Shown here: piece after piece, positions 19,614-28,828 of the stretch
How positions within the stretch are numbered: position 1 is the first letter of the stretch
Layout: each line of letters begins with the position of its first letter
From: an uncultured Candidatus Poseidoniales archaeon
GTDB taxonomy: Archaea; Thermoplasmatota; Poseidoniia; Poseidoniales; CAYMED01
DNA: 64,000 nt
NCBI GenBank assembly: GCA_964389655.1
Contig: CAYMED010000012.1
Span: 661-64,660 of the forward strand
Reading direction: 5' to 3'
Notes under the pieces: model-generated
Told to the model about the DNA's origin: nothing
What the model saw: only the letters and a program-made list of their open reading frames with translations
Databases searched by the model: none
Position numbers and translations under genes: made by a program

Positions 19614-20100
19614 GGCGAATCACCCCTGAAGTCACACAAGTGCCAGTTGAACCCGCCTTTGTTCCATCAACTGTATTCGAAGTGATGACCAACACCCCTT
19701 CATCACCATCTGAGTATGATGTGAAATCAGCAGTTGCTACAACCTTGTATATTTCTCCAGTAACCCAGTCACCTCCTGAAAGGACTGAACTAGACGCTGA
19801 CTTGAGCGTCAAACTGCTCCCATCAAAAAGAGATATTGTGGTCGTATCAAGTTCTTCAGTACCAGAGTTGATCAGATAAAATGTAATTTCATCAGGGTTT
19901 GGAACCGTGTTGACATCCACATCCAAAGGGTCTCCTGCGATTGATACTTCACAGCCTTCATCAAGTGCGGCTTTAATCGCTTGTTTTTCAGAAATTAATA
20001 CGAGCTCCGTAAAATTCTGGATAATAACTGCGGAAGCGATGCCTGCGGTAATTAAGGCGGCAACAAGCATGATGATACTACTAGCCCCACCATCAGCCAT
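19603..20100 (-). CDS. arlG: Archaellum protein ArlG (FlaG)-like
   Basis: 165 aa with an archaellin-like hydrophobic N-terminus (GGASSIIMLVAALITAGIASAVIIQNF) and a small beta-rich domain. GAGGGA lies 6 nt upstream of the ATG. The F versus G assignment rests mainly on gene order. Confidence 0.55.
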   Translation of the reverse strand: MADGGASSIIMLVAALITAGIASAVIIQNFTELVLISEKQAIKAALDEGCEVSIAGDPLDVDVNTVPNPDEITFYLINSGTEELDTTTISLFDGSSLTLKSASSSVLSGGDWVTGEIYKVVATADFTSYSDGDEGVLVITSNTVDGTKAGSTGTCVTSGVIRLDI

Positions 20101-20112
20101 TCATATCCCTCT

Positions 20113-20745
20113 CTAGAGTGCCACTCCTTTTGTAGCACTTAATGCATTAATTGCAAGCCTGCTCCACGCAGTGCTCCCACCAGTACTAATGTCTTTGACT
20201 GCGATAACCTCGCCCGAAAAAATGTACTCGTGCGTTGTATATTTGCTTGAAATTTTTTCTGGCGGGCCTCCATCAACAGAATACCACATGTCACTAATTG
20301 GAATTGTTTTTTCTCCATCGTTGGTGATGTTGAACCAAAGAGCATTGCCTTTTGTCGTAGAAAATACTGCATTCGAATCGCCCGCATGCGAGGGAGTAAT
20401 TACGACAATACCTGTGTAATCCTTTCCGTATTCTGTGATTGTAATGCTATCAATCTCTCCTGACATATCTACAGTATATGATGCACTAAAGCCCGACCCC
20501 CCCCCACTGGCAGTTAGCGTGCCTGAACTATATGTAGCACCACAAGGTGAACAAGAAACAGTAAGAATTGCGTTTGCATCACGCGTCGCATTATTGATGG
20601 TGATTTTCGCTTTTGGCTCTTCAGCCTCTTTGATTGTTTCAAGTGCTTCATCGAGGCGATGCCCAACGGATGTCAAGGCCATTGCAAGTGCAATCATGCA
20701 TGCCGTGCCTACGACAAGAGCGCCGACTCCAACGCTCGCACCCAT
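20113..20745 (-). CDS. arlF: Archaellum protein ArlF (FlaF)-like
   Basis: 210 aa with an N-terminal hydrophobic helix (VGVGALVVGTACMIALAMALTSV) and a Ser/Thr-rich beta domain. It starts 3 nt after the upstream stop, with a GGGGAGAG SD. The assignment rests mainly on order and size. Confidence 0.55.
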   Translation of the reverse strand: MGASVGVGALVVGTACMIALAMALTSVGHRLDEALETIKEAEEPKAKITINNATRDANAILTVSCSPCGATYSSGTLTASGGGSGFSASYTVDMSGEIDSITITEYGKDYTGIVVITPSHAGDSNAVFSTTKGNALWFNITNDGEKTIPISDMWYSVDGGPPEKISSKYTTHEYIFSGEVIAVKDISTGGSTAWSRLAINALSATKGVAL

Positions 20746-20748
20746 GTT

Positions 20749-21621
20749 TTACTCTCCCCGTGCTCCACCCGTCCTGTCTCTCCATCTTCGGAGATAATCG
20801 TGGAACGCGAGAAGGCTGCGTTGGCCGATACGCCCAGCACGGGGGCCAATCTCTTCTCCAGTCGAGAGTGTAAGGGATAGTAGACTTCTCATTTCTAATG
20901 CTTCATCCCCCATGATCAGGCCACTCCGCTCCGCTTCATCGACGAAGTGTAGGCACGCGCCGGGTTGCATATCAGCTAACAAAATCGCGGCCAAATGCGA
21001 TACAGTAATGGGGCCACTAGGGTCACTTCCAACTTCAGCCGCTGCCGCAATCTCTTCTTCAGTCAGTTCAAGGAATGGGTTGTAGGGGAGAAAGGCGAGT
21101 TCGTGTCTTCCAATCCCTCCTCGGGGTGGAGGTCGCGGCGCATTCTTGCCATTAACTGGGGCCCAATCACCCTCGGTTCCCTCAGTTGGGGCACTTTTTT
21201 CTTCAATTTTCACATCTTCTTCACCATCTGTAGTGGCGGCCACGGATGAGATTTTGGAGACCAGTTCTGGCAACGTCTCCATTATCCGATCTTCAAGTCC
21301 AGCGACCTTATCAACGACAGTTTCGAATTTAGATTCCATCATTTCTTCCAGTGCCTTTGTATCCGCTGGGGCCGAATCTTCACCGAACCCAGCGGCAACA
21401 CCCCTCCTCCCACCTTCGGAATCATCACTTCTTCCTCCAAATACTGCTCTTGTGGGCCCACTTGAAATGACCCAAGCATCTTCAGAACGAAGCATTCCTT
21501 GTTCAGCTACAACAACTTCGGAAAGGTCAAGGTCTGATATTGCAGAAAGACGATTGCTATCCCGCTCACGAATGACGTCTGCGTCCTTCTTACCTTTTCC
21601 GAAGAGCCAGCGTTTCGCCAT
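20749..21621 (-). CDS. Archaellum accessory protein in the ArlC/D/E slot (weakly ArlD/E-like)
   Basis: 290 aa with no TM. The N-terminal half is acidic, Gly-rich and probably disordered. The C-terminal ~110-aa helical domain (ELAFLPYNPFLELTEEEIAAAAEV...HFVDEAERSGLIMGDEALEMRSLLS) only loosely resembles the FlaD/E domain. GGAGGA lies 6 nt upstream of the ATG. Confidence 0.4.
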   Translation of the reverse strand: MAKRWLFGKGKKDADVIRERDSNRLSAISDLDLSEVVVAEQGMLRSEDAWVISSGPTRAVFGGRSDDSEGGRRGVAAGFGEDSAPADTKALEEMMESKFETVVDKVAGLEDRIMETLPELVSKISSVAATTDGEEDVKIEEKSAPTEGTEGDWAPVNGKNAPRPPPRGGIGRHELAFLPYNPFLELTEEEIAAAAEVGSDPSGPITVSHLAAILLADMQPGACLHFVDEAERSGLIMGDEALEMRSLLSLTLSTGEEIGPRAGRIGQRSLLAFHDYLRRWRDRTGGARGE

Positions 21622-21646
21622 CTTATATCCTCCATAACTCCCCCCT

Positions 21647-21667
21647 GGGGTGAGCGTAACTCACCCC
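21647..21667 (-). terminator. Perfect 8-bp stem-loop (GGGGTGAG-5 nt loop-CTCACCCC) between the second archaellin gene and the accessory genes; candidate attenuator or RNA-stability element
   Basis: Read directly from the sequence: ggggtgag cgtaa ctcacccc at 21647-21667, starting 20 nt downstream of the arlB stop (21687-21689) and ending 26 nt upstream of the next ATG (21621). No U-tract follows it. Confidence 0.45.
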
Positions 21668-21686
21668 TGAATGGGGAATCACGCGC

Positions 21687-22328
21687 TCAGACGACGAATG
21701 TGCCGGCAGTTACGACCCCTTTGTAACTCAGGGTTTCGTAAGTCGTTCCGCCGCCTTCAACATGGAAATACAAGGTGTGGTCTTCGTTTGCGGTTGGATC
21801 ACATTCTGTGCCTGCATTCTCTTCAGTAACGATGGATGTATAGTATGTCGTTCCAACACTGAGCGATGTCACCGCAGTCTTCGTGCTATCATCGAGTGCG
21901 ATTGCTCCAACGTCTTGTCCCCCAGCCGAAAGCACGCCTTCTACAAGGCCCATGGCTTCAGCACTGGTGGCGCAAAATATTTGGTAGGCGATTTTTGCAG
22001 CTGTTATTGTTTCACTTCCTGGGGATAGTTCAAAGGAGATTTTGATTCCCTGATCATCTGCATTACCACCCTGGCCATCGGCATCTGCAGCAGAATTTTC
22101 GTCAGCATCAGTGACTATGTGGACGGAAAGAATCGTGATTTTTCCCCCGATTTCCTCTTTGGTGTCTTGCCCAGTCTGCTGGGCATTTTGCTGAAGCTTT
22201 TCTGCCGTTTGGATAATCACGCTGGACGCGACAGCAGCAACTAGGACAAGGGCGATGAATACGATCATTGCGCCGATTCCAATTGCACCCTCTTCCTCGC
22301 GTGTATCATTGATTTGTTCCATATTCAT
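21687..22328 (-). CDS. arlB: Archaellin (ArlB/FlaB), copy 2
   Basis: 213 aa with a class III signal peptide plus the conserved archaellin N-terminus EEEGAIGIGAMIVFIALVLVAAVASSVIIQTAEKLQQNAQQTGQDTKEEIGGKI. Its ATG overlaps the upstream archaellin stop (ATGA at 22328-22325). Confidence 0.9.
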   Translation of the reverse strand: MNMEQINDTREEEGAIGIGAMIVFIALVLVAAVASSVIIQTAEKLQQNAQQTGQDTKEEIGGKITILSVHIVTDADENSAADADGQGGNADDQGIKISFELSPGSETITAAKIAYQIFCATSAEAMGLVEGVLSAGGQDVGAIALDDSTKTAVTSLSVGTTYYTSIVTEENAGTECDPTANEDHTLYFHVEGGGTTYETLSYKGVVTAGTFVV

Positions 22329-22957
22329 GTTACCACCTCTCCAAGCGTTCCTGAAGTATATTTCAGAGTTTCAAATGTAGATCCTCCATTTGGCACGTGA
22401 ACATACATGGTGTGCTGGAAACCCTGTGCTATTTTGCACCCGTCGTTATTGGTAGTAACCCCGGCGGTCGTGCCAAAGTCATCATACAGATCAGTAACGA
22501 TCACGCCTTGTTGTCCAGCACTAATTGTGGCCATAGCACTACCATCTGTGGCTGTTGTGGCATTTGTACCATCATCAATGTGTTCGTACAAGGATGCGAC
22601 CCCTTTGATGAAACCCCCATCTGCGGCAGTGCAAGTTATCTGAATTACAATGTCTGCCAAGGTAATTGTTTCAGATCCGGGGGATGTTTCAAACGTGATT
22701 GTCAACTTATAGTCGTCATTCACGTCAAGGGCGGTGGTGATGGCGGAAAGAATAACGATCTTTCCACCGATCTCATCGCGGGTGTCTTCTCCGGTATTTT
22801 GGGCGTTCTGTTGCAAATTTTCCGCAACCCCGATAATAACGGATGATGCTACGGCAGCGACTAAAACGAGCGCAATAAACACAATCATTGCGCCGATTCC
22901 AATCGCACCTCCATCATCCCGATCACTGTCGGGCTGCGCGTTGCCTATTGGGTGCAT
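22325..22957 (-). CDS. arlB: Archaellin (ArlB/FlaB), copy 1
   Basis: 210 aa with N-terminus DRDDGGAIGIGAMIVFIALVLVAAVASSVIIGVAENLQQNAQNTGEDTRDEIGGKI. It is the first gene after a 192-nt AT-rich intergenic region. Confidence 0.9.
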   Translation of the reverse strand: MHPIGNAQPDSDRDDGGAIGIGAMIVFIALVLVAAVASSVIIGVAENLQQNAQNTGEDTRDEIGGKIVILSAITTALDVNDDYKLTITFETSPGSETITLADIVIQITCTAADGGFIKGVASLYEHIDDGTNATTATDGSAMATISAGQQGVIVTDLYDDFGTTAGVTTNNDGCKIAQGFQHTMYVHVPNGGSTFETLKYTSGTLGEVVT

Positions 22958-23098
22958 GGCTTTCTGACGTACGCAAAGGGGTGATAAAGGAGACCCACGA
23001 TTAATTCTAATTGACTTGGATATAGTCGCTTTGAATTGAAATCTAGTTTCATTTTTTTGGGAAAATATTTGGTTCTATTTCTAGCCCATTATTGGCCG

Positions 23099-23117
23099 AA
23101 AAAAAACTCCAAAAAAA
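23099..23117 (-). terminator. Oligo-T tract pair (T7-GGAG-T8 on the minus strand), candidate archaeal intrinsic terminator for the upstream three-gene module
   Basis: The plus strand reads aaaaaaaactccaaaaaaa, beginning 33 nt downstream of the 328-aa gene stop. Archaeal termination is typically signalled by U-tracts. Confidence 0.4.
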
Positions 23118-23149
23118 GATCGCAATTCAATTTGAATAATTGTAATTCA

Positions 23150-24136
23150 TTATGATGAAACGTAGACGTCTCCCAAATCCGCATCGGGGCGGATCCAAAC
23201 ATTTGCCTCTTCACCCGCCTTTAGTTTGATGATGGCAGGATATGTTTTCAGCAAAAACCCCCTAGGCACCCACGGAGATAATACAACATTTCTGAGGGTT
23301 GTTAGTGATCTATTTTGAACCCGCATTGCGATCCTTACATCTCCGTGCTCAACAGTGTATCCGGTTGCAATTGAAACTGTGCGCATAAGGGGGATTGAAT
23401 CTGACCCTAAACTCCGAGATGGGATTAGATTAAACCTGAGGTTGACTGCAGCACCGGGGTCTATTGGGGGGACATCAATTTGCGTTGGGCTCCCCTCCCA
23501 CCCATTTGGAATTGGCGGCGCAAGGACCATTTCGGGCATGGTTGACTGCCCATCATTTTCAATTCTAATGACTAGGATTCCGTGATTCGAACCAGCGGGC
23601 CACCTTGCCTCCACTCCCATCCAAAATGCTCTATAGTGGAATGGATTGAATCTTGATGGATCATTTCCACTAACATCTTCAATCCCACCCTGCATGGATG
23701 TGATTGCATCCCCAAGTTGTCCATCCTCAACATGTAATGATGCTCGATGCAAACATGAAACCAGTAATTTCCGATCATCTTCAGTGGTTTGAATATCTTC
23801 TAAAAGAATTCGAATGAGCGCTACATTTCGCTTCATTTTCATAATTTCATTATCCAATGATCGAATACGGCTCCTCGCATTTTTGACCTCGCGCCGGGCA
23901 CGGATGATGCGGTGGTCATTCAAATCTTCCTTTGCACGATGTATTGCGTCTTCAATCGCTGTAATTGGGTTGTCTGTACTCCCGTCTCCACTGAGTTCTC
24001 GAACAGCACGCTCTACCTCGGCGGCGTGTTTGCGAATCTTCTCAATTTGGACACTTGAAGAGCGCAAGGCACTCTTCGCATCACGAATACCCATTTTGTC
24101 CTCATCCTCAGATTCATTTTCTTCGGACTCTGTCAT
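23150..24136 (-). CDS. Signal-less coiled-coil protein with two CARDB/NEW3-like beta-sandwich segments
   Basis: 328 aa with an acidic N-terminus (MTESEENESEDEDK) and a ~130-aa helical heptad-like region. It then carries ILVIRIENDGQSTMPEMVLAPPIPNGWEG...IDPGAAVNLRFNLIP and IAMRVQNRSLTTLRNVVLSPWVPRGF...LKAGEEANVWIRP. Its ATG directly abuts the upstream TAG, and a GAGAGGGGGGGG purine tract ends 6 nt before the ATG. Confidence 0.6.
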   Translation of the reverse strand: MTESEENESEDEDKMGIRDAKSALRSSSVQIEKIRKHAAEVERAVRELSGDGSTDNPITAIEDAIHRAKEDLNDHRIIRARREVKNARSRIRSLDNEIMKMKRNVALIRILLEDIQTTEDDRKLLVSCLHRASLHVEDGQLGDAITSMQGGIEDVSGNDPSRFNPFHYRAFWMGVEARWPAGSNHGILVIRIENDGQSTMPEMVLAPPIPNGWEGSPTQIDVPPIDPGAAVNLRFNLIPSRSLGSDSIPLMRTVSIATGYTVEHGDVRIAMRVQNRSLTTLRNVVLSPWVPRGFLLKTYPAIIKLKAGEEANVWIRPDADLGDVYVSS

Positions 24137-27100
24137 CTAAACCCCCCCCTCTCTATTGGCAGGACTTACATTTTCTTCTGCATGGAGTATCTTGTCAACA
24201 GCGGTTGCAGGTTCTCCGAGTTGATCTGCCAACATCATTGCTTCACTCTGAACATCTGCGATTTGTCCGAACGTGACTCCATATAATCGATCAATAAGTG
24301 TCAATAGGCCGATGATCAAGAGGGCTTGGCCAATAATAGCAAATAGTAATGTGGTCAGGTTTTGGGGGTCTAGGATGAATATTGGGGGTATACCAATGGC
24401 AATTAGGAGGAATGGACAAATTGAGAGGCCAAGTATGATTGTTAAAGAACCCCTCATCCTACGCAGTTCAGAGGCATGGTTAACAAATGAACTATTCAAT
24501 CCCCTTCTAGCCAATTCATGATCCTGATGGATAACCAACAATTCTTCTGAAGACCACCATACGATGGCGAGTATCCAAATAGAGGTTAGGGCCAACAAGA
24601 TCCACCCTCCGCTTTCTAGAATTCCAATGTGGAAAGCAAAACCAAATGCGGAAGAACCCGTAAATGCAGCGCCCAAACGCAACTTCTCACGATCTTCTTC
24701 TTTTCCCATGGAAGTGAGTGCAATCGTGAGGCCAACGGCAGCAAGGGTTGCAATAATCGCAGCAATCATCGGTACACTCCGAGATACAACTGAACCCTTG
24801 AACTCCATCATGTCATTTGCTTGAACATTAGAAGATACGCCCTGAACGTCCAATTCTACCTTGCACGTGAAATCCTGTTTTGTGGCCCACCATGGCATGC
24901 TAATTTTTTCAATAGCCCATGTAATTTCGACGTATTCCAAAGGAGGCACGGGGGGGACCTCTATTTGTCGCCCACCCTTGAGTGAGACTCCATCACACGT
25001 CGCTATGGCGGTTGTTGAGGGGATGCCTGCAGTCCCTGAATTGAAAATTTCAACAACAATGATTCCTGCCTCGCCTTCTCTCAAAGACAAACCTTCGAGC
25101 CCCCGCTTTGGCTCTCGCAATATTGCATCCGCCTCCGCCTCCAACCGAATTTGGAGAACTGATTTAGTGGCGTGCGAGATTTCCCCATCCGGTGAGATCA
25201 CTAACATTAGGTCATAACCATCTCCCACAACCATATTTTCAGCAGGAGGGAGTTCCATTTCAATAATAATTTGCCCATGCCCCCATCTGTCGATAGGCAT
25301 CAATTCAACAGCGACGTATTGGGGCCCCAAGTCGTTTGTTTGTCCCTCCACCACAATGGAGTGAAATATCCATTCTTCTGCTTCTTGCGCAGATGCACTG
25401 ATTCGAGCAGCCTGAACTGCTGAGAAATAATGGTCAGGTATGACTTGATCACCTAAGCGAGCAAGGGTTGGAACGTGAGTCCAATCAACAATTATTTTGG
25501 GTTTTTCTCCTGGGCTGACATAGATGGGTCCATCAAAGCTCATCCGCTCAATGCGTAGATTCCGAAGCAAGGATATGCGGCCACGAATTTCATCAGAGAC
25601 GGGAACAATGTCTAGGGTAAGGTTGGTTGTTTCTTGATGATAATGGTCTGGAGCAATGGGCGTAATTTGAACTATAAATGAAACAATTTCTGTGCGGGGG
25701 AGGATAATGGGTTCCGAAGGGACAGTAACATTCCAGCGTGTGGGGTCTAATGTGGTTGCGTTAATCTTTGCCTCAAGGCTTGATAAAATACCGTCATTTC
25801 GAACTTCAAACGAGATATTTTTCGTAATCCCAGGCCGAATGTCAACTAATGTCGGAGGCGTGGAAACAAAAGTTACTACAAATGGCGTTTCAACAATTAC
25901 AATTGTGGACGCATTTACGGCGACTTCATTGTTTTCATCCATCATGTTCACGAGCAAGTTGGTGCGTTCAGCAGAATCGAGAATTTGCGTTGAATTTAGG
26001 GGGGGAACGGTAAATGTAAGGTCCAGTGTGACTGATACTGGAAGATTATCTGTTCCTGGCGGCTGTATTGTAAATATAGTCGGCCCAATACCTAACGACC
26101 AAGCAGCATTGTGATCCGAAACCGCTCTAAGGTTTTCAGCAGTATTGCCGCGGTTTGTGACTATCACTTGTGTTGTGGTTGTTTCCCCAGGCGCGATGAT
26201 AATCTCAGATGGCAAATCGATGGTTAAATCATGCGTTTCAAGAATTTCTATTGCTAGGGATACAACATCAAGTGGATCTGAACTATCTGGTGATATTAAT
26301 TCGACCAGGGCATCATATGCTTCATCCGAACGTGCATACATTGCACTACTGATTTCAAGACGCAACAATCTTTCTTCGTTTGGGGCAATTAACACGCCAT
26401 CTGGTGTAGATACATTAATTGTGATGGAATTCGAATTAATGGATGCAATCCTGAGGGCAAATGTGCTAGGTGCGTTACCTGTGTTTGTAGCTTTGATTAG
26501 AAGTGATGTTGTCGACCCACTTTGCATCCGCGCATCAACTGTGTCGGTTGGGGACAAAACCGCAGCAATGGTGCGATTTACAGTAGTTACATAACTGTGG
26601 GATGCCAGAAGACTTCCAGTATCAATTGACCTTACCTCGATATCAATCATCCCTACTGTTCCTGCAATGACTCCTTCGAGGGGCATAATATCCGCATAGA
26701 ATGATTGCGAATTCACATTTGTGGCTGGATAAGATGCCATAGGGGGTGAGATGATTCCTGTTTGTGAGCGGGAAAGTAAGATACTCCACCCATTTGGGGC
26801 ACTTGCAATTAAATCGTATGCGGATGGGTGATTGCCGATGTTTTCGACACTAATGCTAAGGCGTCCTCCGTAGGCTGGATCCAAATTAAGTGGTGCTGCA
26901 TCAATTAGATTTGCCCGCTCAACTTCAGGGATGCGAACAATGAGTTGTCTGATGATTGCTTGACTTGAGATTGTGGTTAATGCGCCATTTGGCGTGACCG
27001 TAAGTTCCACAGGTATGGCTAAATCTCCTGCAAGGGGTAATCCATGCACTCCCGTGGGCAATGGGCCCAATATGGCAATTTCAATTTCAGCTTCATCATC

Positions 27101-28828
27101 AATGCCGATTGTGCTTGCTAGAGATTGTAGTTGAAGCGTCCACCGGTCGGCCTCAGAACTTGATGCATTGCTCGCGGCATCAAATGTCTTGTTTCCAATC
27201 GCAGCAGTTACATCAACAGTATCTGCAATGTTCCGAACGATATTGTGGCGTAGTGTAATGGACCCTGTTGCGACCCGAACAATTTTATCTGCTAATATCT
27301 CATTTTTAGAAACAAGGAGGACATCTTCGTCAAATTCAACATCTGCAATTAGGACTGCTTGTACTTCGAGTGTTGCTTGGGATGTGGAGGGCATACCCCC
27401 TGTTGATGGCGTTGCTTGCAGCCACACTTCGATTTGATCGTTTTCTCGGAGATGGGAATTTGGGTCCATAGGGCGAGTAAGCTCAGGTGGTTTGACATGT
27501 ACGTTTATGCTGACATTTTCATTTGGCTGAAGAATACTTGTTGCGGTCATTTCGGGTGTAACCTCCCATCCAATCGCTACAGTTGCTAATCCAGCACTTA
27601 TGTCAAATGTAGCTGGAATATTCCCCTCATTTTTGACAACATATGTGATGTCAACTGAATTTGGGGGAGTTAGCGGGATTAATCCCGTTGGAGCGCTAGT
27701 GTTTGCTATTATGACGTCCCCGGCAAGAACATACGCGCGCCCCTGTAATACATAGCCGGCATTAACTGAAGTTAATGTCAAATCCAACGTATCAAAATTT
27801 GCCCGGCTTGCATTTTCTGGCACAGTAACGGGAACCTGAACAGTTCCAGTTTCCCCTGCATTCAATATCGCGGTTTGCAAGGGCATGGATGCGGGGTCAG
27901 CCCACCCCTGTGTGCTTGTAAGTCCTATGTTCCACCGATCAGCAGCAAGCCCTTTGTTGAGTATCACAAAAGCCAAGTTTGTATTTGCTCCCGGAGATAT
28001 TGCTGTACTCGCAGGATCAATTAATTCAGCAACATAAGGGGAGACGTCTACAACATCACTGGGAATTTCCAATTTGACATTATCTCCTCCCGATGAAGTA
28101 AGAGTAATCGTTCCATTCAAGAGAATCGTTCCTGTGAGGTTGGCCAAATCTATGTTGACGTCAATTCCTTGTGCGGAAGCGGGGGCGTTAATTTCTCCAG
28201 GCAGGAGGGAAGTCGTCGGCCCAGTCCAACTTCCTCCTGAAACACTCCCGGACCATGCAGTAATTCGCACTACTACATCGACGGCAATGGTGCCGGTATT
28301 TCGGACAGAGACGCGAGCACTCGCGGTTTCGGGTGGATGGCGCCCATTTGGCAAAGATGAATCTACCAATTCACCATTGACAAGTTCTACGCCGTCATAA
28401 GCAATATTTTGAATGTTATCTGAGACATCAGCATCTCCGACTTGCTCTAGGCGGAGGGAAAGGGTCCAACTGAGCCCGGGGTGTACGATCCACTTTAGTT
28501 CATATGTTGCTTGTTCACCCGGGAGGAGAACAACAGCAGCACTATCTACTTCTGTTTCAACAGCCCCTGAATCAACTTCAAATGCCTTCAACGTCCCATT
28601 ACTGTTGCTTGTTCCGTTGTTTTCTATTGTCACTCGAACTGTGTGTTCGCCCGGTGCAAGAACAATCGTTGTAGCATTTTCAATACCATCTCCTAGGATT
28701 TTTGTCTGGACAAATTCAAGGTCGGGGGGCCCTCTCCCACTTGTTGCAGTTACTGATAGAATTAAGGGTGATAATAGCAGAATTAGTACTATTATTGCAC
28801 ACGTGGGTCTTCGACTATTAGGGGACAT
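24137..28828 (-). CDS. Giant (1563 aa) surface protein: signal/anchor, 10 or more Ig-like CARDB/NEW3-type modules, C-terminal 5-helix membrane domain
   Basis: N-terminus CAIIVLILLLSPLILSVTATSG. Recurring strand motifs are VSVRNTGTIAVDV, FVILNKGLAADRW, YVVKNEGNIPATF, ISVENIGNHPSAY, IKATNTGNAPSTF, VIVTNRGNTAENL, FEVRNDGILSS and VEIFNSGTAGI. There are many N-x-S/T sequons. The C-terminal hydrophobic helices include MIAAIIATLAAVGLTIAL, GWILLALTSIWILAIVWW, LTIILGLSICPFLLIAIGI and LLFAIIGQALLIIGLLTL. Confidence 0.8.
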   Translation of the reverse strand: MSPNSRRPTCAIIVLILLLSPLILSVTATSGRGPPDLEFVQTKILGDGIENATTIVLAPGEHTVRVTIENNGTSNSNGTLKAFEVDSGAVETEVDSAAVVLLPGEQATYELKWIVHPGLSWTLSLRLEQVGDADVSDNIQNIAYDGVELVNGELVDSSLPNGRHPPETASARVSVRNTGTIAVDVVVRITAWSGSVSGGSWTGPTTSLLPGEINAPASAQGIDVNIDLANLTGTILLNGTITLTSSGGDNVKLEIPSDVVDVSPYVAELIDPASTAISPGANTNLAFVILNKGLAADRWNIGLTSTQGWADPASMPLQTAILNAGETGTVQVPVTVPENASRANFDTLDLTLTSVNAGYVLQGRAYVLAGDVIIANTSAPTGLIPLTPPNSVDITYVVKNEGNIPATFDISAGLATVAIGWEVTPEMTATSILQPNENVSINVHVKPPELTRPMDPNSHLRENDQIEVWLQATPSTGGMPSTSQATLEVQAVLIADVEFDEDVLLVSKNEILADKIVRVATGSITLRHNIVRNIADTVDVTAAIGNKTFDAASNASSSEADRWTLQLQSLASTIGIDDEAEIEIAILGPLPTGVHGLPLAGDLAIPVELTVTPNGALTTISSQAIIRQLIVRIPEVERANLIDAAPLNLDPAYGGRLSISVENIGNHPSAYDLIASAPNGWSILLSRSQTGIISPPMASYPATNVNSQSFYADIMPLEGVIAGTVGMIDIEVRSIDTGSLLASHSYVTTVNRTIAAVLSPTDTVDARMQSGSTTSLLIKATNTGNAPSTFALRIASINSNSITINVSTPDGVLIAPNEERLLRLEISSAMYARSDEAYDALVELISPDSSDPLDVVSLAIEILETHDLTIDLPSEIIIAPGETTTTQVIVTNRGNTAENLRAVSDHNAAWSLGIGPTIFTIQPPGTDNLPVSVTLDLTFTVPPLNSTQILDSAERTNLLVNMMDENNEVAVNASTIVIVETPFVVTFVSTPPTLVDIRPGITKNISFEVRNDGILSSLEAKINATTLDPTRWNVTVPSEPIILPRTEIVSFIVQITPIAPDHYHQETTNLTLDIVPVSDEIRGRISLLRNLRIERMSFDGPIYVSPGEKPKIIVDWTHVPTLARLGDQVIPDHYFSAVQAARISASAQEAEEWIFHSIVVEGQTNDLGPQYVAVELMPIDRWGHGQIIIEMELPPAENMVVGDGYDLMLVISPDGEISHATKSVLQIRLEAEADAILREPKRGLEGLSLREGEAGIIVVEIFNSGTAGIPSTTAIATCDGVSLKGGRQIEVPPVPPLEYVEITWAIEKISMPWWATKQDFTCKVELDVQGVSSNVQANDMMEFKGSVVSRSVPMIAAIIATLAAVGLTIALTSMGKEEDREKLRLGAAFTGSSAFGFAFHIGILESGGWILLALTSIWILAIVWWSSEELLVIHQDHELARRGLNSSFVNHASELRRMRGSLTIILGLSICPFLLIAIGIPPIFILDPQNLTTLLFAIIGQALLIIGLLTLIDRLYGVTFGQIADVQSEAMMLADQLGEPATAVDKILHAEENVSPANREGGV

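Noticed and set aside
22958-23149. The 192-nt AT-rich archaellin upstream region as a possible small RNA or tRNA locus. Partial inverted repeats (TTGAATTGAA near 23031 and AATTCAATTTGAA near 23124) were considered as an operator.
   Set aside because: There is no cloverleaf-compatible or GC-rich structured segment. The repeats are short and imperfect. The region most simply holds the terminator of the upstream module plus the archaellin promoter and 5' UTR, with a candidate TATA at ACTATATCC on the minus strand near 23019-23027. I could not support anything more specific.
24142-24149. C8 (G8 on the coding strand) homopolymer at the extreme 3' end of the 1563-aa gene as a potential phase-variation tract.
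   Set aside because: It sits 5 codons before the stop, so slippage would barely alter the protein. It is better explained as part of the purine-rich Shine-Dalgarno-like tract for the abutting 328-aa gene.
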